Assembly: GCA_000934665.2 (NCBI GenBank)
Contig: JYFJ02003001.1
Span: 1 to 47,509, forward strand
Length of the DNA: 47,509 nucleotides
DNA from: Catajapyx aquilonaris
Lineage: Eukaryota
Direction of reading: 5' to 3'
Shown here: piece after piece, positions 1 to 11,828 of the stretch
Layout: each line of letters opens with the position of its first letter
Position numbering within the stretch: position 1 is the first letter of the stretch
The notes under the pieces: model-generated
Databases searched by the model: none
Told to the model about the DNA's origin: nothing
Seen by the model: the letters and a program-made list of their open reading frames with translations, nothing else
Made by a program: the position numbers and the translations under genes

Positions 1-47
1 CCCCCCCGCAGTACAGCTGCCTGCGTCCACTTCTTTTCCACTTGTAC
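1..47 (-). other. Possible exon 5' end of a minus-strand gene truncated by the window edge
   Basis: Minus strand: AG-free stretch, then tcctttcgcAG|GTACAAGTGGAAAAGAAGTGGACGCAGGCAGCTGTACTGCGGGGGGG; open in all three frames over these 47 nt. Confidence 0.3.
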
Positions 48-1526
48 CTGCGAAAGGATCCGTCGGAGTGAACCATGTGTGGCAAGGAGAGACTGGAGTT
101 CGCACACTAACTTGCTAACCTACTGACTTCAATGAGAATAAACGCACTTTCATGTATCTAATAGCCAAAATGTTTCGGTAGTAAAGTACGGTAATGAAAG
201 TTGACCGTTAAAGTGTAACTGACCTTTTGACCTTAGACTCTTAGAGTCGTATGTGATCAGGACGAACCTCGACATTTTATTTAGTGCACCAGTACATAAA
301 ATTGCATTTGCAGCTCGGTTGTGAATATATCATAAATAAAAATATTAAGGCATGGTACTACGTCGTGCATGGTCACACATCCATGTAAACTTATTGTAGC
401 TTCGCACAATGCAACAGTTTTGGCATAATAACCTTGGTCAATATCAACTTGAAAGACCACAAAAGATATAGCATACACTTTATTGCAATGTTTGTGCAAG
501 ATTAAATTGGCTGTTGATTTTTTTTGAAAGTTACGGGAGCGACGTAAAGGCTAATAAACGAAGAACCTTTGAGGTGACGCAGAGGTTGATGTGATAATTA
601 TGTTGCCCTTTTTGACTCCTACCAGACTTCAGCAACTTATATGATCCATAAAATGCGTGCTTGAGTCAGTTACTGTTTACGTCTTCCTGCTGAACACTTA
701 AAATACAAAATTAATCACAAATGACACGCCTTACGACAGCTGTTTCTGTTTTACTATCATTGAATTTCGGCAATAATGACCTTTTATGATACACACCGAG
801 TAAGTCATATGTCTATACCAGTAGATGTACACTCTTATTTATAGAATCCAGTTAAATTTGGTGCCGCCGTGCGTGTCCTCAATTGGTGGGAATCTCACAT
901 GTGCACCCCCGCAATGACGTCAAAAGAAACTCACGATGCTCTGCTTTGCTTCAACATTAGCAACCTTGACCTTGGTTCTAACTCAACTTTCTATTCCTCG
1001 CATTTGAGCTTATCTATGCACGTGCATGAGTCACACCTATCGTGCATCTAACCGGCCCTATTTACTCAGTCCCAGAGTATATGTACGGAAGGACATGAAA
1101 CCCCTTTCGCAGTCTCCCCATTCATTACACGGAAGGTTACTCATCAATTAGAAGCCTATTCGCACTCGAGTCTGCAAGCAGATGGCTCCTATTTTTGGCT
1201 GACAAATGTGTACCGCTACCACACTGCTCTAAAAACAGAGATTCAACCAGACTCTCACTGTGTTTTCGCATCAAACCGCCCTCTGTGCAGCTGACTTCAC
1301 ATTATTTGCCAAATTCACGAGCCTAATCAACACTTGAAAATGTTTATTTGCGAATTATTCTATACCCCAGTTGGAGGGCAAGGTCCTTTTAGAAGGACAC
1401 ACAACCCTGAGAGATGCAACAACAAATGTTTCAACAGAGAAAAAAATATGTATAAATCAGATAAATCAATCGGTTAACAGTATATATGCATACCATGAAA
1501 GGGCATGCAGAGAAGCACATCACATC

Positions 1527-1639
1527 TTCGCCGGGGCTGAAATTAACAATCGATTTTAGCTTCAAACAATATTGGTTACTTGGGGTACTCAGCCTCGGCG
1601 AATACTTCGCTCGTCAAATCGCTCACATGTAAACGCACC
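1527..1639. mobile_element. Decayed PIF/Harbinger-like non-autonomous element
   Basis: Right end CATGTAAACGCACC|TTA (reverse complement GGTGCGTTTACATG, Harbinger-type TIR). Internal inverted pair ttcgccggggctga (1527-1540) / tcagcctcggcgaa (1589-1602). Left end not resolved. Confidence 0.5.
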
Positions 1640-3494
1640 TTAAATTATTGTAAATTTACGCCTTTCGTACACAAGAAATTGTCAGTCTTTAAAAGATGAA
1701 CAACACACATGCTTTTTCAGGTGAGATCATTATGTATACATTTGGCCTGTTCAGTCACGTTTCACTCCATGCCTGTAGTGTAAGTTTGAGTCAATTTATG
1801 TTATCCACTAATATTCTTCCAAAAAATCGCTGACTTGACTCACATTTGCAATTTCCACTGAAAATATATCAAATTGAACAACACACATTGTCCTCTCCGG
1901 GGTCCACCCCCACCCCCAGAAATTTCCCCCTCTCCTTTCCCACCCCTGTATTCGAACCGTGTCCACCTCTGAAAACTGGTCTCCCTAGAATAAGCTGGTT
2001 TTCCAAACCCTTCGCGGACGCATAAATTGAACCTTCTCTCAGTCGCGCCTTTCGGCTGCTCAGCACCGATTATAAACTTAGGACCCCAACCAGTCCCAAA
2101 AATTTTCCCCTACTATTTTCTACCCTACCTGTTGATCGCTCACCTAAAAAGAGGCGTCACCTGGCCAACTCCAATCAGTGCTGCTGTAACTGTTACATAA
2201 ATAAAAAACAGGGGGCCTCCCTAGAAAATGGTTTCTAGAGGAGGATAGGTTTGCTTCACATTCCCTCCAGCTTCCTGTGGAAGGCAATTAATGGCATTTT
2301 AACACGGAAGCCGGTACTTATCATCGTCCCATTCCCTAGGAGATGGCCCACCTAACCGGAACTAAGCCCATTCCACCCACTATAATGGAACTTCACGCCT
2401 CCCTACGCTCCCAACCTGTCTCTCATCTCACATACTTTTGCTTTTACCACACTGCTGGAGTTCTTGGGCGACAGGGATCACTTTGGACCGTTTCCTAAAT
2501 CATTATTATCATGGCGTACAATAAGGCGTTATTTTCGTCAAAATAGGAGAGCCTGATAAGGCAAGCGCCTTACTGGCATGCAACGCCCTAGTCAGTGGTT
2601 GGTTCCAAATTGACAGCCTAACAATGTGGCGTATCTGAGGAAAAGGATGCCAAAACACATACAAGGAAACAAACAGCTTATCACCGCATTTCCCTGTAAG
2701 GCTATGAAGAAAGCTATGCAAGTTAGATTACAATGCAAATACATAATACAACATGCTTGAAAAATTCGTCTCAGTAAAATTCAACAAATACCTGAAAACA
2801 AGCAAATCACATGGGATAGTCCATCTCAAGATAGATGTATCATCGTGTAAATACGTATAAGGACAAAAATAGCCCAGAATTGAGTGAAAGTTACCTGCTT
2901 GAGTACATTTTATTAACTTAATAACTATTAATCATACAGGTTCCTCGCATGTCCGTCCGAATTTTTGAGTACAAGTGTCTTTTGAGGCAGAATGATTGAC
3001 TTAATTGTGCACATTTCAGGTTCCAGTACACATCTGGTACGTACAGTATGTCCCATTTTGCTCAGATGCTCCCCAAATAAGGATATTTAGGTTCCATATG
3101 TAAATTCAGTCTCATTGACATTGGGCGGTCAGTGCACTGAAAATGCTGTAAGCATTTGTGAATCACGACCTGCATTTTGAGTGATCTTCACTGAAATTAT
3201 GAGTGCAGGCTGGGCGTGTCTGTTGGTGAAAGTTTTCCTGAGGAATGTCACATGTGGTTCTAATCCGCACTCATCTTCCTTCGTCTCGCCGCATCAACAC
3301 ACATGACGTGTTAACCAATCAAGTTGGTTCCACGTGACGAAAACTGCACTGACGGCAGTAACTCAACACCGAGCGGTTTTATCACGCCCCAGACGTCCAA
3401 GGAGGGCCTAGTAGAAAAATGGTGGTATAAGGTGTGTCCATTGCGCACGTATGCCCAGGGAATGAGCAACACTCGTGTCCAAAAGAATGGCAGT

Positions 3495-3519
3495 GGGGGA
3501 GGGGGTAAGAGGGGTGGGG
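3495..3519 (+). other. G-quadruplex-forming motif
   Basis: GGGGG a GGGGG taaga GGGG t GGGG: four G-runs of at least 4 with short loops. Confidence 0.6.
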
Positions 3520-6500
3520 ACGGACAAAAACGGGTAAGGGCTCATTAACCCGGTTTACTCATGGTCACTACTCTCATTCACGATTTCTCAAACACATGAT
3601 CATTACGCCGACGGTTAAGAAATGTCACAAATTACAAGGGTCATTACCTTTTCCACGTTGATAATATGGTTTCAAATGCTCCCACTTTCACGCCTCGGAT
3701 CTTTATGCTATAGATTCCTGCATTTGTTACGTGCATTTATGGCTCTACATGTCCGGGGAATTATGTTTATGATTGCTACCAAACCATATGTGTCACTGAC
3801 CCCCATCAACCTTACCCAATACAGGTGACTAATCTGCCACAGTAGTCAAAATTTTAAAACCATGTCAATTATAATATAACAGTGGATATATTTAAATTAT
3901 TTTTATTATTACACATATTACTGCAGTAAAACCGACCGGTGAAATGTCATTTTTCCGTATTTTCTCGGATGGTTGTAATAGATACCAGTAGGCTACTTTG
4001 GATCAAACCCAGGACATACCCATTCATGGACACCATGTTTTTACCCTAGTGACACCGTAAGCACCTCAACTAATTACGACGCTAAAAAAAATACAGAAAT
4101 GGACTCTCCTTCCAACAAAATATCACCTACGTGTCCCGGACCTGCTGACAAAATCTCGCAAAACCTGTCTTACTATGGACCAGACACCTTCTTCTCTTAC
4201 TCAAAGGCATCAGAGGAGCGGCGAGTGTGAAGGTGTAGGCTACTCTCTGTTTCATGCATTTTACTTATCCAAGTCCTTAGGGCACGGCAACGATGAAGGA
4301 GATATCAGTTGTTTTTGTACCGAGAGGTTATTCACTCTTCTTTTTCGCATAAACTGACTTCTCTTCAAACATTGTGACAATTGGCTCTAAAATTTTTCAC
4401 AATTGTTGATTTTAAAAAAATACGAGAGCATTTCGTAGTAATTCCCTGACTCATTCTGTACACTCCTGTTCCTGGTTGGTATCGGACACCCAGTTGCGGC
4501 TGGAGAGTGCAAATTCCCACTTTTCACCTGGAAGCTGCTGGGTTTAGGACCGACAGACTGCTCGGCACACATTTTGGTTTCCTTGTGCGTTATGCAACGT
4601 AAGGCCGGAGTGAAAGTCAAGAGTCTATATGGTTCTCTTGAGCTATTCCCCCCCCCCCCCTTACCACCACCAACCCCCCCACCAACCTCTTCTAGTGTAT
4701 GAGACATCGGTGCAAAATGGGAACGAGTGAAACGAGTGCCTTTTGTCTGTTGGCCCAACCCAACAGCGCGTCTTCATGGATGGACACTGCATCATTTTCA
4801 TATACCTTCTACCAGTAGAATGACACTCGAGACTCTCTCCATAATTTTTTCTCTCTTTCTTCTTCAGGAAGCCTACACAAGTGCTGGGAAAAATCGCTAA
4901 TGGTGCTGACTCAATCGTGAGTTTTTACCGAGTTTCACAAGGGGCTGCCGCTGCACGATGGCCCAAAGCTACAGTCTCCGAGCATACCACACTTCCTGCT
5001 GTCACGCCAGCTATTTCTATGAGAACTCGGCTCACCAAACGCTGAATTTCCATGCAGATGGCTCCTGTCACCACCGAAAAGTAATCACGGCCATTTTTCC
5101 TCTCTCTGAAGTTGAGAATGTCTGTGCGGAAAACGTGGCCAAAAAGATAGGATGTTCGAGGTAGCTGATGGGCAATGGGGGCAAAAGTGTTACAGACATT
5201 GCGGACATCATTTGCTACATGGGAGTTTCCAAATTTTGACATCGCTGCAACGTCATCAAAATTCCATACATTTCATTGGATGTATGCGAATCGCGATTTT
5301 GCAGCATTATTTTTGGTTCATTCTATTCTCTTATCGGCTAGCCACAATAAGGTGCAACTAAATGACCCAAGATTGTGTCAGCTGATGGAAGTAAAACATC
5401 ACGTCAGGATTCGGTTTTTACGATGCCAAGCAACCCAACTGACTGCATTGTGCAGCGCAGCTTTTAAATGAGTAGAATGGTTTGAGTGACATTTCCGTTT
5501 GCACTTGAGCCTCTTTCAAGCCGTTATTATTCACATACTCCTTATGTTAGCTAACGTCAAAAAAATGTCTGACTGAAAAATCTCTATTGCTACAAGCAAA
5601 AGCGTTGCATGACCACGATAAAAGTGAAGACTCACGTAATCCAGGTCCGTAAACTACGTTGATGAACCCGGCGTCCCTGATGATGCCATGGTTGCGACCT
5701 GCAATTATACACGATAATTGGTTTATAAAACCACTATTTACGCCCTCTTACACCAGACCTGAAATTTTCAATAAGTTAATCTGCATTCATATCTATAGCA
5801 GCCAACAAGGGCCAAGTTCCAAAAAGCGCCTAGCCTTGAATTTATAATCATGTCATGTGATATTCGCGCTGTGTACCTTCCAAGGCACAAATATCTGCGG
5901 ACAGAAAAAAAAACAACAACGAATAAAACCTCGAAACGAGCTCCCAGTCGCAGGAAACCAGTAATTAACTACGTAACCACACCGGTAAAACCTGTACTCC
6001 GATTGCGCAATTACTGCACCGATAAGAGTGTGCTTTACAAATTCGCACCATATTTTTAACTAATGTTTTGTTGAACGACACCATTAATTACGTGACATAC
6101 CCAGACTGTCTACAAAACAAATGAGAAGTGTGCAATTTGACTAAATAACATATTATGCCATATTCAAAATTGTCAAAAAAAAAAATATATATATATATAT
6201 GATGGATGATGCTATATGTGAAGAAAAATCTTGTGTAAGGAAGCATCCATCTATGAGTCCAGCTCTCCCTGGGAAGTCTGTTGGAAGCTGAAAACCAGCC
6301 TGCATGTCCCAAGGGCATCCTTCTCTTCTTGCGTGAGTTGGCTGAGAAGGCAGTAGTGGTTGGTTTGCTTGCTTGCTTTCTTGGTTCCAAGAGTGTTGCT
6401 TAGAAGAAGGCAAAAAAAAAGGGATTGGGGCAGTGGGACTGGGCTTTTCCTGCCCGCCGGATCCAAGCGACGTTGCCTTTGTAATACAATAGTATTTATA

Positions 6501-9500
6501 TTCATCTTACATACCATCTGGCAACTATGCACATGTTTTTAAATAATCCCGCTCGCCTGTTAGAAAAATTCTTCATTCATGCTTTCAAGTCTAGCCCAAT
6601 AATTTTAATTTATATATTTATATATTTATAATATATGTATGTACAGTACATACATACACACAGAATATTCCAACGAGTCAGAGGACTAGACCACACCAAA
6701 CTGGTCCTATGAGATGTTGCTGAGGAACCAGAAGGGTAGAAGCTAACATCAGACAAAAAAAGGGGGGTATCCAAGTGTCAGCCACACCCATGCACTTCTG
6801 TTGCAAAGAAGCATCTGGAGGCATTAGCATTTCCTAGTTGGGCCGCAAAAAGTGCCCCTGGGCAGTGGCGGAGGGCAGCGAAAGTTTTCCTCGCAGATCC
6901 GCCCCGAAGTTCAGCTTACACTCAACTGGCTTCCCGTCGCTTTATTACACGCAACAAGCACTCACCGTGAAGGAAGTAAATACAGGAAGACTTGCTGGCC
7001 AGCTGATACAGATTCGCATCCATATTTTTTTTGCGAAACAGGAAGGACCAGGTGCGCAAGAGTATTTTCTTACGTGACCAAAAGACAGGTAATTCCTTCA
7101 CCTGCTCTAGCTTGGCGGAAAAAAAAGTCGGTGCTGAGAACAAGTGCCGCGTACGGATTGAACATTTGGAAATGTAGGAATGAGCAATGAGCCAAAGGTC
7201 ATCGGCTTATAGGAGTTGCTCAACGAGGCAGCGGGACTGGTTGCTGGTGGTTGGAATAATCTGGCAACATTGCTGCCTGTTCTCGTCTCTTTTGCCCCCC
7301 CCCCCCCCCCCCCCNCCCCTACTTCTTCTTTTTTGTACGCCCACCCGCCCAACTCCTCGGGATAAAAAAGTGAAAGTGAGCAGGATGTATCCTGGACCCT
7401 GTAGTCATCTTCTAGCCCTCCAACAGGCCAAAACATGCGTGCAAAATGCAAAATTGTTGTTGTGATCTCCGGATTTGTCAGCCATCCAGTCACGGGGCGA
7501 TTCGCTTACTTTTCGTTATTGCAAGGCCATCGAATAATTGCGCTAACCAAAATAGCCTCGGTTTTATGCCGTGCCTAAAACACGTTCTGTCGGGAGGGTT
7601 TTCTCACGGCCGTGTAGCACACACTTAACTATTCCTCACCCATGTGTGTACCCAGTCATGCGTACACATATGAGCGGACCCCAAAAACTTTCACTCGGAA
7701 ATTAGTTTTCGACTGTGAAATCGCTAACGAGACATGAAACACACACATAATATTCTGACCCCGTCTCAACAGTACTCGGTTGCACAAAGCGGCAGTGCAA
7801 TGTTTTATAATATGCTTCTAACATTCATGTGCCGCTTTCAGTCGTAGTTCTGTCACATCCGAACCGTACGCAAAGTGCATTACAATTAGGTGGGGCGAAC
7901 CTCTCCTTTCTTCAGACAAGTGTTTGCTCTATCCATTTACCATCACAATTGACGATAGGTAAGGAAAACTAGCCGCCAAACTCTTTCAATATTTGAACAC
8001 CCAGCCTGAACCAGCAACGCCCCTAACTTTAATATCGGCAAAGTATTACGCGACTTTGGCTAAATATGGACAGCGTGGCCTGCATCTGGGCGTAGCATTA
8101 GGCCTATATACTTAAGTGGTCCAAATAATCATAAAAAAAAGAAACTGGCGTGTTCATCAACCCACATGATCCACTTGGGATTAAACTGATGTGCAAATGT
8201 GTTTATCTCTAGCCATTACACTTCTACCAAGTGGTCCCCCCGGGTCGTAAGTGTACCAATAATTGCTTGTAATCAGTCGCACAAAAAACTACTCTGTATA
8301 AAATCAAGAACCGCGCTCTAAACTAATAGAAGCAAAAGCTGTGTTGCGAAATACTCGAGGAAAAAAAATAGCCAACCTAATGTTTATTTCAGAAAATTTA
8401 CCCTGTATTATTCCCTGGTTTAAACCCACATATTGGGCCTTCTACATGTATGCAGTTGCATAAAAGATCAGCTTTGAATACCTGTTGCATGTTGGAGTGG
8501 ATGTTGTTGGGCCCAAAATGGAATAAATTTTGTTTACCTCTTTCTGCATAAGGGCTAAACAACAATTCAGTCGACTGCTCACATACTAACCACGTCAATA
8601 TCATTTGGCCCTTACCACCGCCATATGTGCTTGTACCCCCCTATGTCAAGTGCCGCTTCTGAGAATGGCACGAAAACGAGCCACTTCTTCGCATATGACG
8701 GGACTGAGTGAGACAAGCTGACGGCTCCAAGCATCAACATCCGGAGTAAGACACTCATTTGGTTTGCGTACCGGTATGCTAATGGCCAGTAAAGCCAAGC
8801 AGTCTATATAAAACGTAGCATGGTTGCTGAATAAAGCCTGCAACTACGAACACTGACCTACATTATATAGATTGACCCTTCTTTTTACCATTTTCAATGG
8901 GGGGAAATTTTCCCTTTTCCTTTGACATGAGAGGTATGTCAATGTGGTATTTACATTCCTATACACATGAATGAGATACGGAATTTGGATGAAAAGGTAA
9001 CCGACGATTTAATTATACTTCCACTTCCATTGTATGCACGCAAGAGGAGTGTACTGTATGTCCACACAGGTCGCATGATGATACGTGACAGACCTTTTCA
9101 AGCATGACGTCAAAGCTTCGCCCGTGAAAGGAAGATCCTCAAGGACGACTTACATGGGGACTTACATAGGACAAACGTCACAGCAATTGTCCTCTAGCGT
9201 CATTAATAATAAACCTTGCATTACATATACAGCAGCGGATTAGACCTACGTTACATTCCAAACCAGTTTACAATAACCCAAAAAAAAGTTTTGTGTAATG
9301 TATCCTAATAGCAACAGTCTTGCACAATATGACATGTTGTATAACCATATTAAAGGAACTCGAAAGGTCCATCTAACGAGAGTAAAATTCTACATGCGCC
9401 TTGGGTGGGATGCACCTTTGTATCCGGAGAAAACTCGACTTGCATCTTGCTTGTCCTCCGGCAACAGCAGCAGCATCACAGATTTTCACTTTTTTGTTGT

Positions 9501-11787
9501 TGTTGCTTACTTGCTATTCTTCTTCTTCCCCTCTTTTTTACCCCCCTACCTGCGGACTTGGGAAGCACAACCAACCTGTCTCCCTTCTACCTGGATGACC
9601 TTGGAAATATCTTGGGAGAAGAATCGGGAAGGTTCTCTCTCTCATTACATGCCTTTGTTTTTTTTTCTTTTCCACCTGTGATTTTAGATTACAATCGGAC
9701 TGTTTCACATGAAATAGTGCACTGCTTGCTAATAATCCTATTATTGTGACACACCGTAGTTGCTCATTGTTAGTTTGAAAATAGATGTCGTGCATTTCCT
9801 TCTAATCGCTCGGTAGGAAAGAGCATGGCCGATTGGACATGGATGAAACTTTATTATATACAGTAGGTCAGTAAACGCATGGATATGACATTATGAGTAT
9901 AAGGGGCGACTCCTATCGTGCGCTTAGTACATACAAGCAGAATTCAAAGCAAAAGTGCGGAGTGACATTTTATGGCTTCATTCACGGATAGCAAACAATA
10001 GGTACCGTCATCGATACAATCTTCTGGCACAATGGCCATAGGTCTGCTGTGCTCTTAATTGGATACAAACAAGTTTCCACAAATATGTTTCAGGCAGTTA
10101 CTACATCTTGGTAGATTACTTTTACCCCTTTTTTCTACTTAATGGAAGTCGATGAATAAGGAATCTTCGACCTAGAGAACAATACCTAATGCAACAACTT
10201 TCCCGTACGAAAAAAAAAAAGAAGTTAATCACCATTGTTTTTCTGCCGTCTTATGAAAGTTATGGATTACGTTGCCCTACAGGATTCATGACAAAGGACA
10301 ACCACAACTTCGCAACCTTTCATCCATCATCCGACCAAAAATGCTCGTATGCAATTTCGCCCTGAACTGTTGCCCCTGCAATCAACACGATGCAACCAGC
10401 AACTCAAGAGAGAAGTACAGATTGCAGCACAAGTAGGATTACAGCAAAGCGGAGGAGGCACAAACATATATCAGAATCGTGCCCTACTTCACCGCTATTC
10501 AAATTAGAGGTCCTGAAGTAGACTTTGATACGTGTCATTAGCCTACTGAGTCGAGACCTTCTGCACCATATGAAAACGGAGAAGAATGAGGCTGAACAGC
10601 TAACCCCGCCAGGCTTATTCTTGCAACATGTCCCCCGTAGTATTATAATAGGCCGCATACATTATATCCTGAATGCAATGCAGGTGTTATCTGTATGCCC
10701 TCTGTCACAAGTACAAGAGGCCAGAATTGCATTGTAATGCCTTGGAACCCCGTCTCTTTGCCAAAAGGAGTCAGGCGGCAAGGGCACAAAAAAAGTGCTT
10801 TTAGGAAACGAGTCTTTCCCAAAGAAAAGCCTTGGGAAGTTGGCTCGTCCAAATGACATGCTAAAGAGCTGGACAATGGATGATATGACAATGCGTACAT
10901 TTCTTCTTCCCCCTCTTCAGGCTATGGAAAAAAAGAAACCACTTTCCCTGGAGCAGGCTGGGGATGAATAGGCGAGTTATAAGGGGGCGGGACACAAAAA
11001 ATATATATGTATATATACTATACACACGGATGGGGGTTAGTGGTGGTGGTAAGGGTGGGGGGTAGGAGCTTCCTGCCCCTGAGACGCAAAATGTCCGACC
11101 TTGAAGTAACCAACCTGCGAAACGAGGATAATAGGGGAGAGAAGTACTCAGGTGTAATGAGGGAGGGAATGACGATGCATTTGCATGGGACACGATTGCC
11201 TAACCTCTTCAGGATCAAACTTATGGTGCTAGACACGTATCCACTTTTGTTGCAATCGTAAGCAAAGCTGATCTCAAAAACTTGCCTCCCGAGCACGATA
11301 AAAGTCTGAGCAAGGGCCAACACGCTTCATTACCATTTAAAATCTGGGCGCCCCCAGCCAGAAAGGCACTAAATTCTTATAATTACAGTACCAAGAACGT
11401 CTTATTGAAGGGCTGGCATTTGCGATGCAACCTAGCTCTTTCCGGACGCGAAGAATTTGACTCGGTTGACGGGCAGAGGTACTCATTACCTTCGAGATCC
11501 TTCTCAAAATCTGGCCCGCTTTGTAACAATGCATAGTGCCGGAGGATGGATTCATATCGTTCTCCCCAAAAAAGGGACCACCCTTGGATAATCATCTCCC
11601 CTTCTTCATCTCCAGATCTGTACCGGAACATGAAATGACTACAGGATGTTGTCACTCTGCATTGTTGCGGCTGCATTTGCATCCACATCATATAGGGGGG
11701 GACTGTGCAACAAAGCAAGTACTAAAAAAAAAAGAAGAGTGCGGGCACGTCCCATGCCCACCATTGTTTGTAAATGGAAGGAAGAAC

Positions 11788-11828
11788 GGATGGATGGATA
11801 GATGGATGGATGGATGGTTGGGATGGAT
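11788..11828 (+). repeat. (GGAT)n microsatellite
   Basis: ggatggatggatagatggatggatggatggttgggatggat. Confidence 0.9.

Noticed and set aside
2030..2070. Hammerhead-like string on the minus strand (CTGAGCA-GCCGAAAGGC-GCGAC)
   Set aside because: Core deviates from CUGANGA and GAAA at essential positions, and no convincing stems I/III.
6634..6656. 11-bp inverted repeat tatgtatgtac-a-gtacatacata
   Set aside because: Derived from abutting (TATG)n/(CATA)n low-complexity repeats.
10400..10740. Faint RTE-like LINE peptide resemblance
   Set aside because: Too few matching motifs to support by eye.
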